This document shows, one piece after another, positions 17,691 to 26,709 of a stretch of 64,000 bases of DNA (the stretch's first letter is position 1; every line of letters starts with the position of its first letter). The translations under genes and the position numbers were made by a program. Source of the stretch: Brumimicrobium sp. (GTDB lineage: Bacteria; Bacteroidota; Bacteroidia; Flavobacteriales_D; Crocinitomicaceae). The stretch spans positions 4,405 to 68,404 of the forward strand of contig DATJCX010000019.1 in NCBI GenBank assembly GCA_035497735.1, in the 5' to 3' direction. Below the pieces are notes generated by a model. That model was not told where the DNA came from. It ran no database searches and saw only the letters and a program-made list of their open reading frames with translations.

Positions 17691-20382
17691 CTTGCTCTGG
17701 TTTTACTCTAAATGTACTGTTAAACGAATAAGTTACTCTAAACAAAAAGTATCTTGAAATAATGTCATTTCTTGAATCGACAATGGTATTGGCTGTAAAA
17801 GTTCTATTGATGTTTGTATTTTCATTCAACAAATCGTATCCTTCTACACCAACTGTCCAATCGTCATATTTCCCAAATCGCTTTGAAATAGATGCATTCA
17901 TGATAAAGAAATTTTTATTAAACGCTTGTGACAGATTGGAGTAATTGTAATAATTCCCTGTCATTTTCACATCTATTTTCCAAGGCAAGAAGATGGTTAA
18001 ATCATTGTTGAAATTCCAAATTGTATTTCGAATGTTCATATTGGCGTTTGTCGAGTTATTACCAATCTGTTCAGTCAGACGAACGCTTGTTGTAAAATCA
18101 ACCCATTTATTCAGCACCATTAATCTCAATTCGGGCATAACATTATGAATATTAGTAAGGTTATTTACGCCATCTACGATGTTGTTTTGGTTAGAATTCG
18201 TATAGACTATCCTCGGATTGATACGCAAGTTTCTTTTGAATACCGGCACTGTCGCTTCCATTCTTCCAGAAATATTATTGAAGGTGTTAATATTTTCATA
18301 AATTGAAATACTTCGTCCCAAACTGTCGTAATTTACAGACCTAGCAAAGTCGTTAAAAGTATAACGTGCGCTTAAACCTGCAATGAAGTTAAACTCTGAA
18401 ACAGGTTTAAATAACAAATAGTTCATGTTGGCTGAAACGTTGTAATTAGATCTCAAATCTTCATTTCCTTCAAGAACATTGTTTGGATTGGTATTATCTC
18501 TAGCTGGCGACAAATAAGAAATACTTGGCAAGGAGGAATTTGTTGAAATTCGTGTCACAAAACTAGAATTTTGAGAAATTCTATAGCGGTAATGTAAGAA
18601 TGGTAAAGCGCTAAATTCATTTTGCTTAATGTTTAAATCTGTAAAAAGATTTTCATTTTCTACTAATAGATTCCTTCCTCTAACTCCTATTGATAAATTA
18701 TGACTTCTTGTACTGTAAGTAGTTGAAATCCCTAACTTATTTTGCCATCTTGTGGTACGAAAAACATTGGAAGTCAATGAATCCAAAATGGAAAAAGCCT
18801 CACCATCGTAATCATAGGAATACTTATCCTGGTTGTTCGAGTTATTATACAATTCGTAATCAAAATTCAATCTCCACTCTTCGCTCAATGGTTCTGTAAA
18901 CCTTGCCATGAAGGTATTAGTGAAGTTGATGGTTGAGTTTTCTTTTAACTGCAAAATCTCGTTGTCGGTCAACTCTGTTAAATAGAAGTAATCGAAATAG
19001 TTCATTTGATTCTCCGATTGATTATTGCTATAGCTTAGATTATCAGACAGAATCAACGACCTATGGTCTTTGGCAAATCTCTTCCTGTAGTGTAATCTAT
19101 TGTTAATTGAAAAACCATTGGCTGAGTTTTCGCTCTTATTTACTGCTTGCCTTACAGCTGATGAATTTGCATCATTATAGTCTGTTTCTTGCTGACTTTC
19201 ATTTCCAGATAAGGAATAACTTACACGTGGTGCAATGGTTAATGTTTGGGTTGAATCAATATCAATTTTAAAATTTAATGACAGATCATGTGTTTGATTT
19301 CTTGTCTTTTTGTTCGTCAGATTGTCTGAAAAGTAAGTAGTATCACTCAGTAAATATTGTGTATTCCTTTCACTTTCTGAAGTTACACGGTTATCAGAGA
19401 ATAAATAATCCCCACTAAATTTAAGTTTCTCATTAACTTGCTGACTAAACAAAACACCTGCACGAAATGTTTGCGGATATCCATTGCTTGCGTTACCGCC
19501 ACCAATATTTCCGCTTCCACCCATTCCTGCCATTTGTGCATCTTCCCTACTAATAGAAGAATTCAAGGTATTTGACCCCAATCCAAAGGCAAATATCTTT
19601 TGCTTGTTATTAAAGCGATTAAAGAGCAATTGTCCTTCATGAAATTCCTGAAAGTCTGAGGCGCCATTCGCCTTAAGAAACCAACCTTTTTTAGCATTTT
19701 CCTTTAAGCGTAGGTCTAGAATTTGTATCTTCTCATCTCCTACTGCACCATCTTCTGGATCCATTTCATAAACCTGAACCCTATCAATACTTTTAGCAGA
19801 CAAGTTTTTTGTTGCAATCGTAGGGTCGGAACCAAAAAACTCATCGCCATCCACATAAACTTTTGTTATCGTTTTTCCCTGCGAAGTGATACTTCCGTCA
19901 CTCTCCACTGCCATACCAGGCAACTGTTTTAGGAGGTCTTCTACCACCGCATTACTTTGCGTAGCAAACGAGTCGGCCAAATACACCAAAGTGTCACCAC
20001 GATAATACATCGGGTCTTTGTAGGCATACACGGCAATCTCTTCAAAGGCTATACTTTCTTCATCTAGGATGATTTCTCCCAAATCAAAAAAATGATTTTC
20101 TTCTGTTCCCACAAAAAGCATTTCTTTAGTGTTGTAACTTGGATGAGAAATAAAGAAACGATAGTTGGAAATTGGAACTTGAAAATGAAAACTTCCATCG
20201 CTACTCGTGTTTTGATAACCAACAATAACAGAATCGCTAATATTGATTAAATACACTTTTGCATTATAAACTGGTTGAAAAATGTTGGTATCCTTCACCA
20301 CACCTTTTATCTCCATATCTTGCGCATTCCCTATAAAAGAAAAGAAAAAAGCAAGCACATAAATAAAATGGAAATTCTTCAT
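17677..20382 (-). CDS. Outer-membrane beta-barrel protein with an N-terminal carboxypeptidase-regulatory-like domain (TonB-dependent-receptor-like)
   Basis: Start reassigned to MKNFHFIYVLAFFFSFIGNAQ (ATG at 20382), which gives a signal peptide and places a -7 box 26 nt upstream. The body is a long beta-strand-rich sequence ending in an aromatic residue (F). Confidence 0.7.
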   Translation of the reverse strand: MKNFHFIYVLAFFFSFIGNAQDMEIKGVVKDTNIFQPVYNAKVYLINISDSVIVGYQNTSSDGSFHFQVPISNYRFFISHPSYNTKEMLFVGTEENHFFDLGEIILDEESIAFEEIAVYAYKDPMYYRGDTLVYLADSFATQSNAVVEDLLKQLPGMAVESDGSITSQGKTITKVYVDGDEFFGSDPTIATKNLSAKSIDRVQVYEMDPEDGAVGDEKIQILDLRLKENAKKGWFLKANGASDFQEFHEGQLLFNRFNNKQKIFAFGLGSNTLNSSISREDAQMAGMGGSGNIGGGNASNGYPQTFRAGVLFSQQVNEKLKFSGDYLFSDNRVTSESERNTQYLLSDTTYFSDNLTNKKTRNQTHDLSLNFKIDIDSTQTLTIAPRVSYSLSGNESQQETDYNDANSSAVRQAVNKSENSANGFSINNRLHYRKRFAKDHRSLILSDNLSYSNNQSENQMNYFDYFYLTELTDNEILQLKENSTINFTNTFMARFTEPLSEEWRLNFDYELYNNSNNQDKYSYDYDGEAFSILDSLTSNVFRTTRWQNKLGISTTYSTRSHNLSIGVRGRNLLVENENLFTDLNIKQNEFSALPFLHYRYRISQNSSFVTRISTNSSLPSISYLSPARDNTNPNNVLEGNEDLRSNYNVSANMNYLLFKPVSEFNFIAGLSARYTFNDFARSVNYDSLGRSISIYENINTFNNISGRMEATVPVFKRNLRINPRIVYTNSNQNNIVDGVNNLTNIHNVMPELRLMVLNKWVDFTTSVRLTEQIGNNSTNANMNIRNTIWNFNNDLTIFLPWKIDVKMTGNYYNYSNLSQAFNKNFFIMNASISKRFGKYDDWTVGVEGYDLLNENTNINRTFTANTIVDSRNDIISRYFLFRVTYSFNSTFRVKPEQDEGF

Positions 20383-20408
20383 CACGGGGTTTTGACCAAT
20401 TTTTATGC

Positions 20409-20416
20409 CAAAAATA
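20409..20416 (-). promoter_or_regulatory. -7 promoter box TATTTTTG (minus strand)
   Basis: Plus-strand CAAAAATA, 26 nt upstream of the ATG at 20382. It lies inside the longer ORF-track version, which supports the shorter start. Confidence 0.4.
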
Positions 20417-20475
20417 AAAAAAAATGAAGACGCTATAAACTTTAGCTCTAACTTCTTCACTTTATATATTTTCCA

Positions 20476-20497
20476 ATGCTTCTAAAGAAGAAAGCAT
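20476..20497 (-). terminator. Imperfect hairpin downstream of nosY
   Basis: ATGCTTCT/AGAAAGCAT arms with one bulge. No clear U-tract follows. Confidence 0.25.
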
Positions 20498-20506
20498 CAA
20501 TGTACT

Positions 20507-21289
20507 TTAGAAATCTTTCTTAGATGATTTATATTTTAGAATAAAGATAGGAACGACAGTCCATAGAACTAATATCCCCATAGAAATCATACTACCTAGA
20601 TTGCTACCAAAGAACTTCTTAAATACTGCACCAGTATATCCAAGTAGTGCTGAAATATCAAGTTTCAACAACATCATAATTCTTGATAAGTCTATTGGGT
20701 TAAAGATACTTGCAATCAAAGAGAATTTATCTAAAGGATATTCATCGAACATCACCAATGAGATTAAGAATAATCCATCATAGATAATCGCCATGAACAG
20801 CCAAATTAAGATAGCATAACTGAAACCTTTAATTCTATTTTCATTCACCAAAGCAACAACATAAGAAATTCCAGAGAAGATAAAACTAAGGAAAGTTCCT
20901 AGCAGCAACAATTGGCTAAACTCCCATATATCAGGAGATTGAAATAACCCGTAGATAATAAAAGGGATTCCTAATCCTAAAGTCAAACTCAAGGAAAGAG
21001 AAATCGCGACTCCTAGATATTGTCCAATAAATATCGAACTTCGTTTTATGGGAAGTGCCAAGAGCAGTTCGGTAAACTCTTTAGAATTGTAGTAATACAT
21101 TACGCCAAAGATTGTTCCAATCAACGGAACAAGCATAATGATAACATTCATTAAAGTTAAAATGGCTTTAGAAAGACTTGGGTTTATAAACAACATTACT
21201 ACTCCTAAAAGGAAGTAAAAAGCCAAGTAAACGTAGCTCCATCTACTACGAATTAAGTCGTAAAAACTATATTTTAATATCTTAAACAT
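20507..21289 (-). CDS. nosY: ABC-2-type permease NosY
   Basis: 260 aa with six hydrophobic helices. It is the last gene of the nos cluster and overlaps nosF by 8 nt. Confidence 0.8.
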   Translation of the reverse strand: MFKILKYSFYDLIRSRWSYVYLAFYFLLGVVMLFINPSLSKAILTLMNVIIMLVPLIGTIFGVMYYYNSKEFTELLLALPIKRSSIFIGQYLGVAISLSLSLTLGLGIPFIIYGLFQSPDIWEFSQLLLLGTFLSFIFSGISYVVALVNENRIKGFSYAILIWLFMAIIYDGLFLISLVMFDEYPLDKFSLIASIFNPIDLSRIMMLLKLDISALLGYTGAVFKKFFGSNLGSMISMGILVLWTVVPIFILKYKSSKKDF

Positions 21290-21992
21290 ACTGAGTCTTC
21301 AATAAATTAGCAATTGCGTGTTCGAAATCCACTTCTCCTGTTTGTTCTTTTAGAGCGGCAGCACTTCCTCTGAAGTAAACTTTTCCTTCTAATAAGAAAA
21401 CTATTTCATCGGCCATATCTTCTACAAAACTCATAATATGAGAAGTTAGCAGAATTGTTTTACCCTTTTCTTTTTCTTCTTCTATAAATTCTTTAAGAAT
21501 AAGTAAGGCAATCGGGTCAAGACCTGTTGTTGGCTCATCCAAAATAATATAAGGACTGTCAAATAAGAAAGTAAGCACCAAGTTCACTTTTTGCTTCGTT
21601 CCTCCTGAAAGGTTTCCTAACTTCTTACTCATATGGGAAGTCAAACCTAATTTCTCAATATATCTAGATTCATCTAAACTAGAACTTTGCCTTAAATCCT
21701 TAATCATTTTAAACAACTCCTTCACTGTTAAGTTAACAGGGAAGTTAGCAATTTGAGGTAAGTAGCCAATCTTCTCTCTGTACTGCCAGTTATTAAGTGT
21801 AGATTCTCCATCGATCAAGATTTCTCCTGAATTCGGAATAACCATTCCTAATATACTTTTAATCAAAGTTGTTTTTCCCGAACCGTTGGGTCCAAGGACT
21901 GCAAATACACCTTTATCGGCAATGGTTAAATCGATTCCTTTAAGGACCTCGTTTTTACCAAATTTCTTATATAAGTTTTTAACTTCAATCAT
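21282..21992 (-). CDS. nosF: ABC transporter ATP-binding protein NosF
   Basis: Walker A GPNGSGKT, signature LSGGTKQK and Walker B ILDEP. It overlaps nosD by 8 nt. Confidence 0.85.
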   Translation of the reverse strand: MIEVKNLYKKFGKNEVLKGIDLTIADKGVFAVLGPNGSGKTTLIKSILGMVIPNSGEILIDGESTLNNWQYREKIGYLPQIANFPVNLTVKELFKMIKDLRQSSSLDESRYIEKLGLTSHMSKKLGNLSGGTKQKVNLVLTFLFDSPYIILDEPTTGLDPIALLILKEFIEEEKEKGKTILLTSHIMSFVEDMADEIVFLLEGKVYFRGSAAALKEQTGEVDFEHAIANLLKTQYV

Positions 21993-23220
21993 TTTTAATC
22001 ATTTTCATTCTTGGTGTTTCATCCATCAAGTTATCAGGTGTAAACACGGGTGATACTTTCTCCGAAAAATCTACGATATCGATAAACATACTTCTCAATA
22101 GAATAATTGCTTCGGGAGATTTATTAACAACGTAAGAGAAGAGTTTAATCGGTCGATACGGCACATCTCCTATACCATCTCTGTCTAGGTCATAGCCGCT
22201 GTATTCACTCCAATAATTCCCATTAAATGAATTCTCATTGAGCGAGCCTTTGTAAGACAGGTCAAATGAATTATTGACAAAGTTATTATTGACAAATATA
22301 TTTTCGTAATTGGCACCTCTAGAGTTGATTGCCCAACCGTTACTTTGAAAAGTATTGTGTTCATAATGAATACGATTGGAGCCTTCTATATTGAGTGCTG
22401 TGGTATTTCTGATAAATTTATTATAGATTATTTTAGAATCGACAACTTCCTTCAGTAGTATTCCGTAGGCTGCACCTCCCCAATTGTTTTCCATGGTGTT
22501 GTATTGCGCAAGTGTACGTTTAGAAAACATGATTGCTATTCCTGCACCATTGTGTTTGAATAAGTTGTGCTCAACCAAGTTGTCGTGACAGAACATAAAG
22601 TGCAAACCATATCTTACATTGTTTTCACTAATATTATTTTTGAATACATTACTATCAGAGAACTCTAGATATAAACCATCACGCATTTTGAAAACCTCAT
22701 TATTTTCAACTAAATTTCCGTGACTATACCATAATTGGATACCGTTAGCAGCGTTAAATTCTGATACTGCTTCGCCATAAACTTTGTTATTTCTCACAAT
22801 ACCGTGATCTCCTCTTTCAAGGAAAATGGCAAAGAAAGGTTTCTTAATCACTAAATTTTCAATAATGAAGTCACGACTCTTTCTAATCCTAACGGCAGCG
22901 TAATCCTTCGTAAAGCTTGTACCAACGTTTATGATTTCGAATCCATCAATTTGAAAGCCATCCGCTTCAATTGTCAGGATATCCCCTTTCAGTTGACCGT
23001 CGATAATAGCGCCCGGTTCTCCTTTTAATTTGATACTTTTTTCTATAAGAAGATTAGACTCTTGATAGACTCCTTTTTTTACTAGAATTGTACTTCCAGG
23101 CGTGGCAATATCCACCGCTTTTCTAATCGTTTTAACTTCACAAGTAGCACAAACTTCAATTGTTTGAGCAAATGTTAAAGTAACAAAGAAAAAACTCAAC
23201 AACGATAAGATAATCTTCAT
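21985..23220 (-). CDS. nosD: Periplasmic right-handed beta-helix copper-binding protein NosD
   Basis: 411 aa with a signal peptide. Repeated N-rich parallel beta-helix repeats are visible (NNxV/NNxF periodicity). Its position between nosL and nosF fits NosD. Confidence 0.85.
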   Translation of the reverse strand: MKIILSLLSFFFVTLTFAQTIEVCATCEVKTIRKAVDIATPGSTILVKKGVYQESNLLIEKSIKLKGEPGAIIDGQLKGDILTIEADGFQIDGFEIINVGTSFTKDYAAVRIRKSRDFIIENLVIKKPFFAIFLERGDHGIVRNNKVYGEAVSEFNAANGIQLWYSHGNLVENNEVFKMRDGLYLEFSDSNVFKNNISENNVRYGLHFMFCHDNLVEHNLFKHNGAGIAIMFSKRTLAQYNTMENNWGGAAYGILLKEVVDSKIIYNKFIRNTTALNIEGSNRIHYEHNTFQSNGWAINSRGANYENIFVNNNFVNNSFDLSYKGSLNENSFNGNYWSEYSGYDLDRDGIGDVPYRPIKLFSYVVNKSPEAIILLRSMFIDIVDFSEKVSPVFTPDNLMDETPRMKMIKND

Positions 23221-23247
23221 TATATTATATTAATTTCTAGATGAATA

Positions 23248-23703
23248 TTAACGTCCAGCCTTTGAGAAATCGGCCAATATAGCCACTTTAACATCTCCCC
23301 AAGAAAACAGTTCACCACCATTTTCTTCTTGTATCTTTTCAGCATCTTCTTTACTACCGATTGCTGACAAATTCTCGCCCATTGGGCTTGGAATATTTTG
23401 TGAAATAATAAAAGTAGCATCTTTCACATCTATCAATGTTCCTGGATTTGTATAATCCGCTGAAAGGATATGCAACATATCGCTTTCATTTTTCTGTTCA
23501 TATAAGTAATGGATCAAACATTCAGATGCATCAAACTTAAAGTTTTTACCTTTATTGGTTACCACTTGGGCTGCATGCGTTTGATCGACAATGGTCATTC
23601 TACAGAACTCACATTGATCAATACCGTAATTAATTGGCTCAATATTTTTAGAGCATGAAAATAATACGAAAGACATTAAAATAACTAATCCTAAATTTCT
23701 CAT
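23248..23703 (-). CDS. nosL: Copper chaperone lipoprotein NosL
   Basis: Lipobox VLFSCS and the CEFCRMTI motif typical of NosL. 151 aa. Confidence 0.8.
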   Translation of the reverse strand: MRNLGLVILMSFVLFSCSKNIEPINYGIDQCEFCRMTIVDQTHAAQVVTNKGKNFKFDASECLIHYLYEQKNESDMLHILSADYTNPGTLIDVKDATFIISQNIPSPMGENLSAIGSKEDAEKIQEENGGELFSWGDVKVAILADFSKAGR

Positions 23704-23710
23704 TTTTATA

Positions 23711-24328
23711 TTACGATTTAATTTTTTTATATTCAGATTTCCCTACGAAGTAAGACAAAAATACTAAAAACAATCCGAAGAACATGATGTATGCTCCGGT
23801 ATGTGGCCAAGAGTCAACGTCAAAATTCAACAACTTCTTATGTCCAATCAATGGCGGGTTATACTGCATTGGTACACCATCAGGATCTAACAATTTAATT
23901 GCTGCATTAGGGTCTAAATTTGTTCCGTAATCAACTAACCATAAGTTAAAGTCATACATTCCTACCAAACCTAATGTCACCATTAAGACAAGCCATCCAA
24001 AAAACCAAATTGGTTTTATTTTCCCAGTAAAACCGATAATTCCAATTAGAATTCCTAATCCAGCCATGATTCCAATAACAATCGGAAAAACAGTGAATTC
24101 AATCATTTCATCAACTTTAGGGATTGTTTTCATTCCCACATAGTGATTTAGTCCATCAATATTTAAAAGGTCAAACTCTGTTTCACCAACGATATCGTTG
24201 ATGTAAATATCCATTCCTAATCCTTCCGGATACTGTGGAGCGAACAATTTAATGTTCCATAAGGGATAGTAAAAGAGTCCTAGCAACAGTGCTGAACCGA
24301 TAACCATTAATATACTTGCTTTTTTCAT
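23711..24328 (-). CDS. nosB: Four-TM membrane protein immediately downstream of nosZ (NosB-like)
   Basis: 205 aa with four hydrophobic helices and two ~50-aa loops. Its position matches the nosB gene described for clade II nos clusters. The assignment rests on position and topology only. Confidence 0.5.
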   Translation of the reverse strand: MKKASILMVIGSALLLGLFYYPLWNIKLFAPQYPEGLGMDIYINDIVGETEFDLLNIDGLNHYVGMKTIPKVDEMIEFTVFPIVIGIMAGLGILIGIIGFTGKIKPIWFFGWLVLMVTLGLVGMYDFNLWLVDYGTNLDPNAAIKLLDPDGVPMQYNPPLIGHKKLLNFDVDSWPHTGAYIMFFGLFLVFLSYFVGKSEYKKIKS

Positions 24329-24395
24329 TCCGTTTTTTTTTTTGTAAACCTTGATTGATTATGCGTGCTTCGTTTCCTCTCTTGAAACGATTGGA

Positions 24396-24425
24396 AGATA
24401 GTGGAGAATTCACCCTCCACTATCT
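24396..24425 (-). other. Perfect 11-bp stem-loop in the nosZ/nosB-like spacer
   Basis: AGATAGTGGAG-aattcacc-CTCCACTATCT. No U-tract follows on the coding (minus) strand. Confidence 0.5.
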
Positions 24426-24490
24426 TTATTTGGGTAGAAAGAAGTTTTATTAAAAAAGCTTCTTATTTATGTTCGCTACCTAAAATTAAA

Positions 24491-26470
24491 TTATTTTGCA
24501 GATTTCCACTCTCCGTCTAACCCCCATCTTAATGGAACATCAGTACTTGGCTGTGAAACTCTTACATATCCTGCCATTTCTTGGTGAAGAGCTGAACAGA
24601 AGTCTGTACAATAGAATGGGAATACTCCTTCTGTCTTAGGCTCCCAAGTAATTGTTGTAGTTCTACCTGGTACGATTAATAACTCAGAGTTATTCATTCC
24701 AATAATACTGAATCCGTGAGGAAGGTCATAGTCTTGTTCCGAGTTTGTAATATGGAAGAATACTTTATCACCTACTTTCACTCCTTCAATGTTATCTGGC
24801 GTGAAGTGAGAACGAATCATTGTCATGTAAACATGCACTTCATTTCCTTTTCTCTCAACTCTTGCATCATTCGCGTTTTTAACTACGTATGGGTGCTCGT
24901 TATCAGCCAATCTGTAAATCTTCTTTGTATTGGGTGCAACTCTACCAGCACTAATTGCTGATGCGTAGTGAGGCTCTCCAATTGTCGGGAAGTCAAGAAT
25001 TAACTCCATTTTGTCTCCTGAAATATCAAAGATCTGCGCTGATTGATTTAACTCTGGTCCAACTGGTAAGTATCTATCTTTAGTAATCTTGTTCATTGCT
25101 AATAAGTATTTACCTTCTGGCTTTCTTGAGTTACCTCCTGGGATACATAAGTGACCTGGAGAGTAGAATGTAGGTTGTCTATCTACTACTTCCCATGTTC
25201 CAACTTTCCACTTAACAACTTCTGAAGAAATAAAGAATGTCGTGTACGCATATCCTTTTCCGTCAAATTCTGTATGTAGCGGTCCGATTCCTGGCTGCTC
25301 AACAATACCTGCTAAAGTTTTCTCGTAATTTAATACTGGAATTCCGTAAGCTTCTCCATCGAAATCTTTTTTATCGATTACATCGATAATTTTATTGAAA
25401 TCGTGAACAACTAAGTTTGCAGATAATTTACCGTTAGAAACGATATACTGTCCTGATGGGTCAACGTCACATCCGTGTGGTGATTTTGCTGAAGGAATTA
25501 AGTAAGCAATTCCAGGGAAATCAGCAGCTTCTAATACTAACACTTCTTCTTTCCAAGTTGTCTCAGAAGTATGTGTTTTTTCATTCACTTTGTTGTGTGC
25601 GTATCTCGTTTTTTCTTTAACTCCTTTTCCAGCTTTGATATACTCTTCTGCTTTCTTCCAGTTAATAGCTAAAACGTAGTCTTTATCATTCTTAGAAGCG
25701 TTAACCTCTTGTAATGAATGAGACTCTTCAGTATTATACGTTGTAAAGAAGAACCATCCATGAGACTTATCTCTACCTGGGTGACCTAAGTCATAGTTAT
25801 AACCTGGTACACGAATTTGGAAAGATAAATCCATATCTCCTGATTCTTGATCTACACTAATAAAAGACATAGAAGCTTTGAAGTTACCTTTGTATTCTTC
25901 AATTGGCATATCTCTTTGAGGAATCGGAACAGAGAAACGAGTTCCCGCAACAACATACTCCGTGTTTTCAGTCACGAAAGAAGAGGAGTGGTTACCTGCA
26001 CTGTTTGGAATTTCAATGATTTCTTTTGTTTCGAAATCCGTCAAATCGATACGTGCAATACGAGGTGTATTGTTACCATTGATAAATACCCAACGACCAT
26101 CAGTTTCTCCATTTGTTTGAGAAATATCTGGGTGGTGAGAGTCATCCCATGGAACAAATCCATAAGAAGTATTAAACATGGCTTTACTCTCCTCACTGTA
26201 TCCATACCCTGTTTGAGGGTCCTGAGAGAATACTGGAGTTACTTTTAACAATCTACCAGAAGGTAAACCGTAAGTATAAAGCTGTCCACTGAATCCACCT
26301 GACACGAATGCATAGAATTCATCTAGCTCGCCTGGAGCTACATACGCCTTTTCAGCAGCACTCTTTTTAGAGCCGTTACTGCCTCCATTGCTCGATCCTC
26401 CTCCTGGAGTACAAGCTACGAAAGACAACAACGCTGCACTTAGGCTTAAAAATTGAATTGTTTTTTTCAT
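24491..26470 (-). CDS. nosZ: Nitrous-oxide reductase, Sec-dependent (clade II) type
   Basis: 659 aa. The CuA motif is YCTDFCSALHQEM. CuZ-type His motifs are DSHHP, GNHSS, PHGCDV, LHTEFD and EPHYAS. The N-terminus MKKTIQFLSLSAALLSFVAC has no twin-arginine. Confidence 0.95.
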   Translation of the reverse strand: MKKTIQFLSLSAALLSFVACTPGGGSSNGGSNGSKKSAAEKAYVAPGELDEFYAFVSGGFSGQLYTYGLPSGRLLKVTPVFSQDPQTGYGYSEESKAMFNTSYGFVPWDDSHHPDISQTNGETDGRWVFINGNNTPRIARIDLTDFETKEIIEIPNSAGNHSSSFVTENTEYVVAGTRFSVPIPQRDMPIEEYKGNFKASMSFISVDQESGDMDLSFQIRVPGYNYDLGHPGRDKSHGWFFFTTYNTEESHSLQEVNASKNDKDYVLAINWKKAEEYIKAGKGVKEKTRYAHNKVNEKTHTSETTWKEEVLVLEAADFPGIAYLIPSAKSPHGCDVDPSGQYIVSNGKLSANLVVHDFNKIIDVIDKKDFDGEAYGIPVLNYEKTLAGIVEQPGIGPLHTEFDGKGYAYTTFFISSEVVKWKVGTWEVVDRQPTFYSPGHLCIPGGNSRKPEGKYLLAMNKITKDRYLPVGPELNQSAQIFDISGDKMELILDFPTIGEPHYASAISAGRVAPNTKKIYRLADNEHPYVVKNANDARVERKGNEVHVYMTMIRSHFTPDNIEGVKVGDKVFFHITNSEQDYDLPHGFSIIGMNNSELLIVPGRTTTITWEPKTEGVFPFYCTDFCSALHQEMAGYVRVSQPSTDVPLRWGLDGEWKSAK

Positions 26471-26508
26471 AGTTAACTGTTTAAAATTTTTAGACTTTTA
26501 ATATGGTA

Positions 26509-26516
26509 CAAATATA
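26509..26516 (-). promoter_or_regulatory. -7 promoter box TATATTTG (minus strand) upstream of nosZ
   Basis: Plus-strand CAAATATA, 38 nt upstream of the nosZ ATG at 26470. Confidence 0.4.
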
Positions 26517-26709
26517 GATATTTGATAATCCGCCACATATGACAAAAGTCAGATTTCGGACTGAATTATCCAAGTTATTATGGAAATTAGTCATTTTTTA
26601 TGAAAAAACAAAAATTTGAAGGGAAAATTCAGTAAAGTTCTACTGCTTTTCTTGTTAATCGAAAGGAATATATTCAGTAATAAGGATGAAAAATACGCGT
26701 AAATGGATT

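Noticed and set aside
23220-23420. 66-aa minus-strand ORF overlapping the nosL 3' end
   Set aside because: It is in an alternative frame within nosL, and the nosL frame is supported by its lipobox and Cys-Met motif. The nosD start at 23220 explains the junction.
25847-26248. 133-aa plus-strand ORF
   Set aside because: It is antisense to nosZ, whose frame is unambiguous from the copper-site motifs.
26471-26709. Looked for an FNR/CRP-type box (TTGAT-N4-ATCAA) or a degraded cytochrome c gene (CxxCH) upstream of nosZ
   Set aside because: I could find no TTGAT-N4-ATCAA match, only an isolated ATCAA half-site, and no reading frame with a CxxCH motif. I report only the -7 box.
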